This document shows positions 39,601-49,972 of a DNA stretch of 64,000 nt, piece by piece. The DNA is from Clostridia bacterium (GTDB taxonomy: Bacteria > Bacillota > Clostridia > UMGS1883). The first letter of the stretch is position 1; every line of letters begins with the position of its first letter. The position numbers and the translations under genes were made by a program. A model generated the notes under the pieces. The model was not told the DNA's origin. It worked only from the letters and a program-made list of their open reading frames with translations, and made no database searches. The stretch spans positions 25,873 to 89,872 of the forward strand of contig JBJDXJ010000058.1 of the NCBI GenBank assembly GCA_051866635.1, in the 5' to 3' direction.

Positions 39601-41242
39601 CGTTTATAGTTACGTTTGTTACAATTGAATAGCTGTCAAGGTGGTTTCTGAAATCTTCACTGTCAATTTGTGCCGCACCATTTCCTGACAGAACCAGATT
39701 ACCATTTTCAATTTTCGCATCACCAAGCAGCAGGGCGTCATAGCCATTACCTGTAATATCCTCTGCCCTGTTATCTTTTAAATTTGCAAAGTCGTACTTT
39801 GCCAGAAGGGCAGTGTCACTTGTTGTAACAGACAAATACGGAGCGTTACTTTCGGTGTGTGATGCTATATACAACCCTGCTGTAGGCACCTGCAATCTTA
39901 AAACAATTTTTATTTTTTCCGTAGGATTGCCTGCCTCTTTGCACTCATCCAATACATCCACAATTATTTTTCTTATGTCAACAGTTTTCCATCCCTTTGA
40001 AGATGCGGAAATCTGTTCATTTGACCAATAAACTGCATTTTCCGAATAATCGTTATTTAACGCACTGTACTTACTATGGTCCATTTCGCCTAATGAATAT
40101 TCTGAAATTTCGGGATTTCCTGTTGCATACACGCCTAATCTCATCCAGTTAGAATATAAATTGTCGTGTACCTTTTTTACGTAAAAATTCAGCTTAACGT
40201 TGCTTACGGTGCCCGGGTCTATTGAAGAATCGATTTCAAACTCCATGACCCCGACTCTTGGGCTACCTAATGTTGCACTGCCCGAATTGTGGGAAACACC
40301 CGATACGGAAGGTGCTCTTGTAGCACTTGCGTAGCTACTGCCGTCTGTTGCAACAAGTATGCCCGTTTCCGAGGCTGTTCCGCTGTAGCCGGAGTTTGTG
40401 GCGTTATAAATAAGAGAGCCGCCCTTCACCTTTTCATATGTGACAGTAACCCCCGTGGGATTTTCCGAAACATAAAAAATTTCACTATCGGCATTTTTAA
40501 ATGAATATTGAACGCCGTCTGCAAAATATACATTTGACACATAATCATATACGCTATACTCTACTTTACTTTCCCCACGTACATATATTGTGTCTAAAAC
40601 ATTTCCTTCCTCATCACAGACCTTAATAAAATTAGAAAGTGCATCCTCCGTAACGGTAAAAGAAAGGTCAAAATCTTTCATCGCAGAGGCGATACCGTTT
40701 GTACATTCAAAGCCGTCTGAGGCAATATTCGTTAAATATATACCAACGCTTTTTGCATCGGGATATTTCATAAAATAGTTGTTAAGAGAAATATTTGTCA
40801 ATGGGTTATCCGATGGGTCGGCATCAATTGCATAAGTGCCCAAAAATGTGCCTGTCTTTTTAAGGGCAGAAAGGCTTGTGCCATCCAATAAATTATATGC
40901 GTCCTTAACCTTATCACCATTTACAAGTACAACAGCTGCTGTAGGTGCCTGACCTGTGCCGTTATTGAGCGTTGCGGAATTTATTTTAAAATCAGCCTTT
41001 ACATTTGTTTTTGACTTATCAAAGCTAAAGCCCTGTGGCACATCAAAAACAACAAAACTGCTTCTGTAGCTTGCGTTGCTGCCGCCTGACCAGGAGGCAA
41101 CAAATGCCTCACCCTCATTTTCAACCACATTTTTGTCCCATGCCCATGTAAAACAAAGGCTACTGTTTTCCGCCAAACTTATTACGGGTGCAAAGGACAA
41201 AACCATTATGCACGCCAGTAAAACTGATATAACTTTTTTCAT
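36677..41242 (-). CDS. Giant secreted protein (1521 aa): two LamG-like domains, ricin-like region, C-terminal HEXXH zinc peptidase-like domain
   Basis: Signal peptide; 'RLYDFG'/'RIYDFG' and 'WTHIAV' LamG motifs; 'AAHECGH...SEDFAE'. Confidence 0.82.
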   Translation of the reverse strand: MKKVISVLLACIMVLSFAPVISLAENSSLCFTWAWDKNVVENEGEAFVASWSGGSNASYRSSFVVFDVPQGFSFDKSKTNVKADFKINSATLNNGTGQAPTAAVVLVNGDKVKDAYNLLDGTSLSALKKTGTFLGTYAIDADPSDNPLTNISLNNYFMKYPDAKSVGIYLTNIASDGFECTNGIASAMKDFDLSFTVTEDALSNFIKVCDEEGNVLDTIYVRGESKVEYSVYDYVSNVYFADGVQYSFKNADSEIFYVSENPTGVTVTYEKVKGGSLIYNATNSGYSGTASETGILVATDGSSYASATRAPSVSGVSHNSGSATLGSPRVGVMEFEIDSSIDPGTVSNVKLNFYVKKVHDNLYSNWMRLGVYATGNPEISEYSLGEMDHSKYSALNNDYSENAVYWSNEQISASSKGWKTVDIRKIIVDVLDECKEAGNPTEKIKIVLRLQVPTAGLYIASHTESNAPYLSVTTSDTALLAKYDFANLKDNRAEDITGNGYDALLLGDAKIENGNLVLSGNGAAQIDSEDFRNHLDSYSIVTNVTINGNAVNNTRLYDFGSDSGNSGFLRVKGFGVGLKYGGGTTTLVGKNTGDTTPFENAGVKYNIAVTYDGDKNLTKVYVNGDKVIETSDIKYGLDDFTDNTANNFIGRTNWYGTSAQNDNPDIKASYHDFAVYTEALDERVILSIYNPDFEDVVKNAAIEIADNMDGIISTPVTDNLPFDTTFVTEQGDKLSVEWFTSDSSIINTKGNVFRGSEDLSCSVYAIVSWGEYYATTRTMTVTVKKVSDAEIEESLILRYTFENDGSGLFNYDRANISENNVVKLPDNINIGVTDYTVAAWVRCDDLTRDGQRIYDFGMENGTVSGNYYAFTKINSNGTLTVGVNNGGSTQTTTSVGSIYEGEWTHIAVSYSSASGETYIYINGKLDSQSNVITYTMGGASKNGQSLSNYIGRSQWYKTQSATNPDFVGKVDNFEFYGANLSASVIESLTEKAYDSPDVEIISASFVSGMNKAVVNVSSHGYEGGAKIVVANYMGNLDQVKTDEVELKDGLNSFVVGFDKEITDTEKLKCFVWENTESIYPLAEGYTIERKYEFNYEWQYPDNHLLNNEFSLKAYGGNEYLSLANSVSMASWKEGDTNLLWSAPYVHGESAEGYYALKNVSGTYIALDTGSVKTDKINNWRFIQIDPELAGGKKNVYAIRQRSSGKYLARNGNKLIGSSNSEIEDAWWELDIVNYDKISQMFTSPGFLSLSANERARIYGVTSQAMWQSSNRRNKLLEYIDTKFFTRTKEDQATRLRQLFNYIPSQQINRGISTSSTGAHGTYSIGDVESNVSYKGMSGENLTGYKVVATYYTDTEKTAVEQTVTIYGRSANAVKNIAKGFSYIPYQMRKYITNIRDYYSTSNQFNAGAKDMYVRTSWEQSADSFATTAAHECGHSISGSWGWVCGTSRWKNAIAADMNYVSGYGSSNSSEDFAEFVQFATSCAGDRELLRELKVMFPNRFKVLREVMREQNGGSCILDVVE

Positions 41243-41309
41243 TATTCAAAACCCCTTTTTGTGACTTTCTTATTATATTCTATAAAATCCTTCGGGTTTT
41301 TCAATGGCG

Positions 41310-41356
41310 TTTTGTACATTTATATTGAATTTTTGTACGGAAGATATTGCAATAAT
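41310..41356. promoter_or_regulatory. Duplicated 47-bp operator (copy A), candidate AraC site
   Basis: 44/47 identical to 47931-47977; contains TTTTGTAC direct repeats 21 bp apart. Confidence 0.7.
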
Positions 41357-41370
41357 CGAAAGAAGGATTG

Positions 41371-44300
41371 TTATACAACCGGGGTAAACTTAAATGTAAG
41401 GGTTCCGTTTTCATCAATCAAATCTTCTGTAATCCAATTATAAACTGTAGAGTGATTATTATTAATTCTCACATACTCTTTCCACCATGACTTAATTTCA
41501 ACGTTCGTAGAGGGGGCAATCGTAACTGTATAACTGCCGTCGCCGTTATCCTTTTTATCAACTGTAAAGAATATGTTTTCACCACTGTAACAACCGTTAC
41601 CTTCTGTTCTGGCTGTAAAAGTGCCGTCATTTGTCATTGTAAGGCGGATACCTGTCTGGTTTACATATGCGTTAAGAACATCTTTAAGCACTTTGGAAAG
41701 AATATATTCAGTATCTGTTTTATCTTCTTCTGTGCCATTATCCTCTTTTGTATAACCGTTAGCAAGAATACCCGATGCAACAGTATATATACTTCTTGTT
41801 ACGCTTTCGCCTGTAAATGTCTGACCGTCCACAACAATATAGGGTGTAGCTGTAAACCCACGGTTGTAGTTTGTTTCATTAAGATTTGTAATTGCTGTTG
41901 TAAACACATCCGCACTCTGCCACTTTTCTGCAGGAATATCTACCACATTTTCACTACCCTCGGCTGTAATTTTAACACCAAATGTTGCACCTGTAATACT
42001 TGCAAGAGTGTCGTTTAAGTCAAGGCGTGTGATAAACCTAAGTCCGCTTCCGTTATCCACCTTGCCTTCTTCCGTTACGCCGTCGCCTATTCTGACCTGT
42101 GCACCCGTCACCATATTAATACCTATCGTTGCAGGATAGTAACTACCTTCTTCGGGTGTGATAGCCTCTGTTACACCGTCGGTTACTCTATAAACCTTTG
42201 TTCCGTTTGTAAATGCAACTGCATTAGTGTTGGTCGGATACATTTTAACTGTACTGTCGGAATGAACTATAACGCTTGAAGTGCTTATTAAAGAGCCGTT
42301 TTTTGTTACTTTTGTAGTGCCGTAAACAGTTATGGTTGATGCATCTTCAAGCGATAGATATGCCGCACAGCCATCATGTGCTTTTCCTTCAATGCAGGCA
42401 TCTCTGTCGGCAATATATACGCCGCCATGAGGTGCAAGAAGTTTAAAGGTTATGCTTGTTTTATTTTCGCTAAGTGCCTCACTAACCGCTTCAGACACAT
42501 CAATTGACACATACTTATCTATTGCATTAATTACATTACTGCTTGCAGTAACAGATTGTAATGCAAACATGGGTCCTGACAAACTTGTAAATGATTCATT
42601 ATTATATGCCAACGAAAGGTTTTCCGCATCAAGTTGATTTTCGATTGTATATGCCGCAATATAGCATGTGGAATTCCCTGATGCATTTGGCTTATATCCG
42701 TCAACATATACATTCAAAAAGACCCCTTTGTTTTCCATACTGCTGTCAATGGGGAACTCTAAAATACCCACGCGGGCAGAACCGTAATATGCTCCGCCTG
42801 TGGAAATTGTAACGCCGTCAGCATTAGAGGAAGGTGCTCTTCCAACTCCCTCTGTATCATTCGCCGCAACCATAATTCTTACATCTTTTTCAGCACTGTC
42901 ATTAGCTGAATTGTTATTTACAAATCCGTCAGCTTTTACTGCATACTTATTGTCCACTTTATCCACGACTACCGTCATATGTTCGGTTACATTTGTTTCG
43001 GGGATATTGTAGAATGCACCCGTGCCGTCTGTATGGATTGCAAAAATCTCTTTTCCTTCAACGGTAAAACTGCCGCCGCTCACATCACCCGTAACTTCCT
43101 TTATCACTTCACCGTCACTGTTTACAAACTTAGCTTTAACATAGCTCGTAGAATAAACTTTAACGTTTCTTATTTCCAAATCTCCGTCTGACGTGCCGTT
43201 ACCTCGAAGGTTTATGGTGTTAACACAGTCAGGGCTTTGTTCTTTACGGAAAGTTTTGTTTTCCGCCTTGCCCACAGTGCCGTCGCTTCCTGTGGCATAT
43301 ACTGAAAATGTGTCTGTAGAGGCGTCTGCTTTTACAAGAATTCTGTATGTCTCCCCTGCTTTAACAGAGCTTTTAAGCACCGTGCCACCGTCACTTGAAC
43401 CTGTTTTATTGCCGCCCGTTACTTTTATATTACCTCCGTTGGGGCTTATTCCGAAAGCACCACTGCCCCACTTGGAGCCGTTATAACCAAAGTTTGCACC
43501 TGTGTCGCTTACTTTGTTAATTACCATATCAAACTCAATGTAAAATTCATCTGCCAAATCAGTGGGGAAATAAATATTGTTATCTGCATTACCCTTTGAA
43601 GAAGTGTCACTGAGGCTAAAGCTTTCAGGCAGTACAGTAACGGTTGCTGTTGCTTGTAAAACAGTACCATTTACTGTAGCATAAACTGTGTTTTCCCCTG
43701 TCGTTAAGGTTGACAAATCCCAATCTGTTACTTCCACCTCTGCTGTATTGCCGTCTGCAGTTGTGGCACTAAGTGTTTTGGGAAGAATCGGCAGATTATC
43801 ACCGATAACAATTGCCGATACAGTTTCAATAGATTGTATGTCTGACATTGTGTAAGTAATTGTAACCTCGCCGGTAGCATTTGCACTATAGGATGATGGA
43901 TTACTATCATCCTTTGTATAAGTCTTATCTCCAAATGTAATTGCATTTGGAACAATTGTTGTATCTGTTAGGTTTATCACATCTCCGATAAAACCGTTAA
44001 TTTGTTTACTTTGTGCAATTTCTGTTTCGTCTGCCATAAACTTAATTGTTGTAACAACCCTGTCACTTTCAGCATTTGCCACCTCGTAAAGGGCAAAATT
44101 ACCCAACGTGTTGGATGAATTAAGCCATCTGTAGTTTATCTGCAGATAATTCTTTGTAGCAGTAAATATAACAGAGTTTTCGCCCGCATTTGAGGTATGA
44201 ATAACCGTACCGTCATTCGTTGCCGAAATATCATCTTTTAAGGATGTTTTGTGCCATGTGCTTTCAACGTCTGATGTATATGTAAACATATAAGTCTTTC

Positions 44301-47300
44301 CGTTTTCTACCGTCCATGCTCTGTAAAGGGAGCCTTTGCCATCTATACCCGTATGTGCCTTCGCCGTAACTGTTCCGTCACCGTTCACCGTAAAGTATTC
44401 ATTTGTGGCTGCCGAATTTGCCGAATTAAACCAACCTGTAAGATTGTATTCAAAATCTCCGTTAGGAATAAGGTTAGCACTTTCAGTCTTATATGCAATG
44501 CCATCCTTTTCAAAATAAGTACCAACCGAAGTGCCTTTGTTTGAAAGCTTTCCTAATTCAACTTCCTGACTTACCGAGTATTCTCCGCCGGCTGCATAAC
44601 GGATAAAGTTCTCGCCGTTATTACACATATAGACTTCGCTGAACATGGCACCTGTTTCACCATTATCGGGGTTATAGCTTTTTGCAACAGCTTTGACTGG
44701 CTCACCGTCTACAGTATATGTTATAGTAACGGTTGTTTCATTGCTTGAATCCGAATAAACTACAATATCCTTATAGCTTACAGTAACGCCGGACGCACCT
44801 CCTGCTGTTTTAAAGCCGCCAAAGCCCGTAAAGTGACCTTTATACACACTTACAGAAACAGGCACTATAAGTCCGTTATCAACTGTAGCGTAAGTAACTG
44901 TATATACATCCTCGCCCAAAGTCATACTTGCAAGGTTGTCTGTATAGTTTTCACTAAGGTCAAACTGAGTTTTTAAATCATCTGTCCACTGTGTGTTTTC
45001 TGCAACAATACGCACTCTTTCGCCGTTTGAAAAGCTGAGCGCACTACGATCTGCCCTTATGGTGCCTGAGCAAAGTCTTTCTCCTACAAAGTTTGTAAGT
45101 CTCGCCTGTCCTGACGTGTCGGTTATTGAATTTGTACCGCGAACAGATGAATTAGTTTCGCCTCTGCCAATATGAATTGTACCGGCATCGGTAGCATACC
45201 TGTGAGCGAAAAGCACATCTCCGTCAGTATCAAGAATACCGTGATCGGGATATGCACTGCCGCCTTCCGGTGTAAATTCAATCACAAATTCATCAGTTTC
45301 TATATCAGGGGATGTAATAGTGGCATTAACACTACCTTTTATATTAAGTCCTCCGTCAACCATTACTGAGTTTGTGTTGGTTGAGCTCCATCCGTACCAA
45401 ACAGAATTTGTATCGCTTGTTTTTGAGTTGAGCGTGCCTGTTTCATTATTTTCTACCGCGTCAAGCTTTTTAATAAACTCGCCCTCCATGGCACCGATTT
45501 CTTTATCATATACATAGGACTGGTCAAAAATGTGTATATAATCAATACTGCCCGAAAAACCTTTGCCTATATAATGCTTACCGCTTCTTGCTGCATTAAG
45601 CATGCTTGTTTCAATTTCACCTGTAGTTTCAACGCCGTTTACACAAACCGCAGCACTTGTACCGTTTATTGTAACTTCTATTTCATTAAAGCTATTTGTA
45701 CTGCACACAGCAGATGAAGTAATACCGTTAAGAGAAGCAGCTCCGCCTTCTATTTTAAGTTTTATTGCACCGTTACCTATTGAGAACACTTCGCCCTCAC
45801 CTTTTACGGAAAGTGTAATCTTCATATTATCATAGTAAAGAACAGAGGGGTCTAAAACCGCATATTCCTCTCCCGTAAAATTAGCATAATTCTCTGTTAC
45901 GGCAGGTGAATTTACGCCGTACAATTCCGTATTTGCCCATGTGTCCTTTAAATTACCGTTAAATTCATACCTTGCACGAAGGTGGTTTGTATAGGGACGA
46001 TAGTTTTTATTGTCTATTTTAAGTATTGAATATTCACTGTCGGAAGATAATGAATGATAACCCGAAAATTTACCGCCTGCCACACTGTAGCCGCCATCTT
46101 CAAACCAGTCACCGTAAGCTATAGCTTCACCTGTTGCACTGCCGCTTGACAATCCAAGGCTCATACCTTTTACAACAGCACTGCCGCTGACTTTATAGCT
46201 GCCATAAATACAGGCATTTTCAATAACTCTTGCATTATCCGTAACCTGTGCACTGCCAAAAACAACTGCTGTATCTCCCACATAGGCATTACCCGACACC
46301 TTTGCACTGCCTGCAACAATTGCATAACCGTCTATAATTGCATTGTCGGAAACAGTGGCACTGCCCATAACAACCGCATTGGGACCAACATATGCAGTTG
46401 ATGCAACGCTTGCCGAAGTTGCAACCTTACCGCCACCATTTGAGTGCGTTTTGAAAGTACCCGAAGGTGTGGGTCTTTCCATAGGTACAGCACCTGAAAG
46501 CGTTACGGAGTAAGGATACTGAGTTTTATTATCAAAAGGCATATTTGTCTCAGTTGAATGTGTAGCCCATCCACCCACAGTATGACGCACCATACTTTCA
46601 AGCGTAGGTGTAGCCGCAACAGTAAGATAAAGCTCGTCTGTACTTGTAACGGATATGCTCATTGTTTCCCCTGCATTGAATATATCAGAGTAGCTTGTTA
46701 CACCTGATGATGATTCTTTAACAAGTCTTGCTGTCCATCCTGCACCTACGGCATCTGTCAAGCCCTTAAGAGTTACGGATACCTCTCCTGCTTCAAAATC
46801 CAATGGGATAATATTATATCCCATTGCCTGAGGCGCTCTTTCGGGTGCTACAGCATAATCACCTGTTTCACCTAATTCTTCAAGCATTGTATATCTCTGC
46901 TGCCAGAAAAAATTGTTTCCCGAAAATGCCGAGTTAATGGTATTATTGTACAAAGTTTTGTTTTTAAAGTCCATTGTCGCCATATGGGAAGCATACATAC
47001 CAACGGTATCTGCCGTTGTCAGATCACCGTTTGCATCCTCCAGTACTTCCCAAAAAAGTACATTTGTACTGCCAAGATTTGTACCTAAAACCTTCTGTAC
47101 AAATTTTTCGCCGTACACGCCTGTGTTATCGGGGTCTTCTGTCAGATACTGAAGAATAGGCCAAGCTTCATAGTATGCACGACCGTTCATTTTTGTGAGG
47201 GAATTTGAACGAAGATAAAGGTGTGACAGTTGTGTTGTTCCTGACATATATTCATAAATATACTGCTCCGCAAACCAGTTTGCCACCGCTTCAAACCAGG

Positions 47301-47865
47301 GACCAAGATAAATATTATCCTTCCAGGCGTTGTCCCCCTGTGCATAATGCACTGCATGACCGAACTCGTGTGCAACAACCGTGGGCGAATCCATTGCCGC
47401 CAAGCAACACATAAAGTAGGGGTAACCTGCCGTATCAACACTGCCGTAAGCACCCCAGTCATTTGCACCCAAATCATAGTACTCAACGCCTGTACCCATC
47501 AGGATAACATTTGTTTTGTACTGTGTTGTTTTGTCACCTGAGGACAAAACAGATGTGCTTGTGGGTTCCATGCCCATTTTGTCAATATATAAAGCCCAGC
47601 AGTTTTCAAGAACAGTTTCACATTTTGAAAGGTAAGCACTGGTCACCTTGCTGCTGTTTGCTCCGTCTGTATCGTAAAAAATTTGAAAATGCTCTGTTTC
47701 GTAAGTCTGGTAAACATCCATGCTTACTTCAGTCGTTGCTCCGGCGTTTACATTTCGAAGCAAATAAGTTGTTGTATACTCTGCAAAACCTACAACAGGG
47801 ACACATGGTAGTACCATTGTTAATGCTACTATCAATGATATCAAAGCCTTACTTCTTATTTTCAT
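41371..47865 (-). CDS. Giant secreted protein (2164 aa): DUF6055-like HEXXH domain, hexapeptide beta-helix, LamG/CBM/Ig-like modules, conserved C-terminal domain
   Basis: Signal peptide; 'VVAHEFGH..WFEAVANW'; 'HSNGGGKVA..A.V...AYVGPNAVV' repeats. Confidence 0.82.
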   Translation of the reverse strand: MKIRSKALISLIVALTMVLPCVPVVGFAEYTTTYLLRNVNAGATTEVSMDVYQTYETEHFQIFYDTDGANSSKVTSAYLSKCETVLENCWALYIDKMGMEPTSTSVLSSGDKTTQYKTNVILMGTGVEYYDLGANDWGAYGSVDTAGYPYFMCCLAAMDSPTVVAHEFGHAVHYAQGDNAWKDNIYLGPWFEAVANWFAEQYIYEYMSGTTQLSHLYLRSNSLTKMNGRAYYEAWPILQYLTEDPDNTGVYGEKFVQKVLGTNLGSTNVLFWEVLEDANGDLTTADTVGMYASHMATMDFKNKTLYNNTINSAFSGNNFFWQQRYTMLEELGETGDYAVAPERAPQAMGYNIIPLDFEAGEVSVTLKGLTDAVGAGWTARLVKESSSGVTSYSDIFNAGETMSISVTSTDELYLTVAATPTLESMVRHTVGGWATHSTETNMPFDNKTQYPYSVTLSGAVPMERPTPSGTFKTHSNGGGKVATSASVASTAYVGPNAVVMGSATVSDNAIIDGYAIVAGSAKVSGNAYVGDTAVVFGSAQVTDNARVIENACIYGSYKVSGSAVVKGMSLGLSSGSATGEAIAYGDWFEDGGYSVAGGKFSGYHSLSSDSEYSILKIDNKNYRPYTNHLRARYEFNGNLKDTWANTELYGVNSPAVTENYANFTGEEYAVLDPSVLYYDNMKITLSVKGEGEVFSIGNGAIKLKIEGGAASLNGITSSAVCSTNSFNEIEVTINGTSAAVCVNGVETTGEIETSMLNAARSGKHYIGKGFSGSIDYIHIFDQSYVYDKEIGAMEGEFIKKLDAVENNETGTLNSKTSDTNSVWYGWSSTNTNSVMVDGGLNIKGSVNATITSPDIETDEFVIEFTPEGGSAYPDHGILDTDGDVLFAHRYATDAGTIHIGRGETNSSVRGTNSITDTSGQARLTNFVGERLCSGTIRADRSALSFSNGERVRIVAENTQWTDDLKTQFDLSENYTDNLASMTLGEDVYTVTYATVDNGLIVPVSVSVYKGHFTGFGGFKTAGGASGVTVSYKDIVVYSDSSNETTVTITYTVDGEPVKAVAKSYNPDNGETGAMFSEVYMCNNGENFIRYAAGGEYSVSQEVELGKLSNKGTSVGTYFEKDGIAYKTESANLIPNGDFEYNLTGWFNSANSAATNEYFTVNGDGTVTAKAHTGIDGKGSLYRAWTVENGKTYMFTYTSDVESTWHKTSLKDDISATNDGTVIHTSNAGENSVIFTATKNYLQINYRWLNSSNTLGNFALYEVANAESDRVVTTIKFMADETEIAQSKQINGFIGDVINLTDTTIVPNAITFGDKTYTKDDSNPSSYSANATGEVTITYTMSDIQSIETVSAIVIGDNLPILPKTLSATTADGNTAEVEVTDWDLSTLTTGENTVYATVNGTVLQATATVTVLPESFSLSDTSSKGNADNNIYFPTDLADEFYIEFDMVINKVSDTGANFGYNGSKWGSGAFGISPNGGNIKVTGGNKTGSSDGGTVLKSSVKAGETYRILVKADASTDTFSVYATGSDGTVGKAENKTFRKEQSPDCVNTINLRGNGTSDGDLEIRNVKVYSTSYVKAKFVNSDGEVIKEVTGDVSGGSFTVEGKEIFAIHTDGTGAFYNIPETNVTEHMTVVVDKVDNKYAVKADGFVNNNSANDSAEKDVRIMVAANDTEGVGRAPSSNADGVTISTGGAYYGSARVGILEFPIDSSMENKGVFLNVYVDGYKPNASGNSTCYIAAYTIENQLDAENLSLAYNNESFTSLSGPMFALQSVTASSNVINAIDKYVSIDVSEAVSEALSENKTSITFKLLAPHGGVYIADRDACIEGKAHDGCAAYLSLEDASTITVYGTTKVTKNGSLISTSSVIVHSDSTVKMYPTNTNAVAFTNGTKVYRVTDGVTEAITPEEGSYYPATIGINMVTGAQVRIGDGVTEEGKVDNGSGLRFITRLDLNDTLASITGATFGVKITAEGSENVVDIPAEKWQSADVFTTAITNLNETNYNRGFTATPYIVVDGQTFTGESVTRSIYTVASGILANGYTKEDNGTEEDKTDTEYILSKVLKDVLNAYVNQTGIRLTMTNDGTFTARTEGNGCYSGENIFFTVDKKDNGDGSYTVTIAPSTNVEIKSWWKEYVRINNNHSTVYNWITEDLIDENGTLTFKFTPVV

Positions 47866-47930
47866 TAATTCTCGCTCCTTCTTACTTTATATTGTTAATT
47901 ATATTTATTTGTAAATCTTTTTCAATTTAT

Positions 47931-47977
47931 TTTTGTACATTTATATTGCATTTTTGTACGGAATATATTACAATAAT
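47931..47977. promoter_or_regulatory. Duplicated 47-bp operator (copy B), candidate AraC site
   Basis: Matches copy A; lies between the giant gene and the divergent AraC gene. Confidence 0.7.
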
Positions 47978-48777
47978 TGCAAGGAGTGATTGTTATGACC
48001 GATTTTGAAATACACAATATATCATATAATGTTTTTGCACCTTCCGATTATCACGTATGTAAATCGGCAAATGAATACACATTTATTTTGTTTCAAGGAC
48101 CTTGTATAATAAATAGCAAAAAAATAGAAACAGAAAGCTGTATTTTATACGGCAAAAATTCCCTTCAGGACTACATAGTACTTACCGGCTTTGCCTCAAG
48201 CACCGTAACCTTTGCCGTTCCGGATGAAATTATTTCGGAGATTGGCATAAAATTAGATGAGGTTTATTATCCGGACAACTGTGAATATCTTAATTATATG
48301 ATTTCGGTTATGTACCGCGAGGCGTCTGAAATGCGAAAATGTTCAAAAGTCATGAACAAAGCACGCCTTATTGAATTTCTGGTAAGCTTTATACGCGGTA
48401 CTGAGCCTGAAACAAGGCGGCTTCGTGACCTTACTTTAAAAAACAAAATGTCAACTCTGCGTTCGGAATATCTTGCAGACCCTGCCAATGCACCCGACAT
48501 AAATTACATAATCAGGCGTTCGGGTATGTCGAGAACCCGATTTTACGAATTATACAACCGATTTTTTAACACATCGCCTAAAGATGACTTGATTTGGGTA
48601 AAACTTGATAAGGCAAAGGGCATAATTGCCGACAACCCTAATCTTAAAATGTATGAGGTTGCAGAGCAATGCGGTTTCTGCGATGTGTCTCACTTTCTTC
48701 GCACATTTAAACAGCATTTTGGCTTTACGCCGAAGGAATATGCTCAGAAAATTAAAAATTCAGGTTGTTTGAACTAA
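47977..48777 (+). CDS. AraC-family regulator
   Basis: C-terminal 'EVAEQCGFCDVSHFLRTFKQHFGFTPKEY'. Likely start is the ATG at 47995. Confidence 0.9.
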   Translation: MQGVIVMTDFEIHNISYNVFAPSDYHVCKSANEYTFILFQGPCIINSKKIETESCILYGKNSLQDYIVLTGFASSTVTFAVPDEIISEIGIKLDEVYYPDNCEYLNYMISVMYREASEMRKCSKVMNKARLIEFLVSFIRGTEPETRRLRDLTLKNKMSTLRSEYLADPANAPDINYIIRRSGMSRTRFYELYNRFFNTSPKDDLIWVKLDKAKGIIADNPNLKMYEVAEQCGFCDVSHFLRTFKQHFGFTPKEYAQKIKNSGCLN

Positions 48778-48873
48778 AGTGAAAAAGAAGGTTGCTAAAG
48801 AGCGACCTTCTTCACAACATAAAACCCCTTGCTCAAGGCAGGGGGTTTTATATTTATAGGTTATTAAGCTATT

Positions 48874-49905
48874 TTATGCAAGTTCAGCGAAGTACTTAAT
48901 TGTTCTTACCATCTGGCTTGTGTAGCTGTTTTCGTTATCGTACCAGGAAACAACCTGTACCTGATAGAGATCGTCGCCAACCTTAGATACCATTGTCTGT
49001 GTAGCGTCAAAGAGAGAACCGTATCTCATACCGATAACATCGGAAGAAACGATCTGGTCTTCGTTGTAACCGAAGGATTCGGAAGCAGCAGCCTTCATAG
49101 CAGCGTTGATGCCTTCCTTAGTTACGTCTGCACCCTTAACAACAGCTGTAAGGATTGTTGTGGAACCTGTGGGAACAGGAACACGCTGAGCAGAACCGAT
49201 GAGCTTGCCGTTAAGTTCGGGAATAACAAGACCGATAGCCTTAGCAGCACCTGTAGAGTTGGGAACGATGTTAGCAGCACCTGCACGAGCACGGCGAAGG
49301 TCGCCCTTTCTGTGAGGACCGTCAAGAATCATCTGGTCGCCTGTGTAAGCATGAATTGTGCTCATGATACCGGACTGGATTTCTGCATAGTCGTTAAGAG
49401 CCTTAGCCATGGGAGCAAGGCAGTTTGTTGTACAAGAAGCAGCGGAGATAATCTGGTCATCAGCTGTAAGAGTCTTTTCGTTTACGCTGAATACGATTGT
49501 CTTAAGGTCGTTGCCTGCGGGAGCAGAAATAACAACCTTCTTAGCACCTGCATCGATGTGAGCCTGGCTCTTTTCCTTAGAGCAGTAGAAACCTGTACAT
49601 TCAAGAACTACGTCTACGCCGATTTCGCCCCAGGGAAGATCTGCTGCGTTCTTTTCGCTGTAAATCTTAATTTCCTTACCGTCAACGATGATGGAACCTT
49701 CACCTGCTTCTACAGTGTGAGCACCTTCACCGATTTTACCACAGTAACCACCCTGTGCTGTGTCATACTTGAGAAGGTGAGCGAGCATCTTAGGATCTGT
49801 AAGATCGTTGATAGCTACTACTTCGTAACCTTCAGCGCCAAACATCTGTCTGAACGCAAGACGGCCGATACGGCCAAAACCATTAATTGCAACTTTAACT
49901 GCCAT
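48874..49905 (-). CDS. gap: Type I glyceraldehyde-3-phosphate dehydrogenase
   Basis: 'INGFGRIGR', '[10 protein letters not shown]' and 'WYDNE'. Confidence 0.98.
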   Translation of the reverse strand: MAVKVAINGFGRIGRLAFRQMFGAEGYEVVAINDLTDPKMLAHLLKYDTAQGGYCGKIGEGAHTVEAGEGSIIVDGKEIKIYSEKNAADLPWGEIGVDVVLECTGFYCSKEKSQAHIDAGAKKVVISAPAGNDLKTIVFSVNEKTLTADDQIISAASCTTNCLAPMAKALNDYAEIQSGIMSTIHAYTGDQMILDGPHRKGDLRRARAGAANIVPNSTGAAKAIGLVIPELNGKLIGSAQRVPVPTGSTTILTAVVKGADVTKEGINAAMKAAASESFGYNEDQIVSSDVIGMRYGSLFDATQTMVSKVGDDLYQVQVVSWYDNENSYTSQMVRTIKYFAELA

Positions 49906-49972
49906 GTTAAAGACCTCCTAAAAAATATTTTATAAAATATTATTAATAACGGCTTATGCCATAATTAAATCC

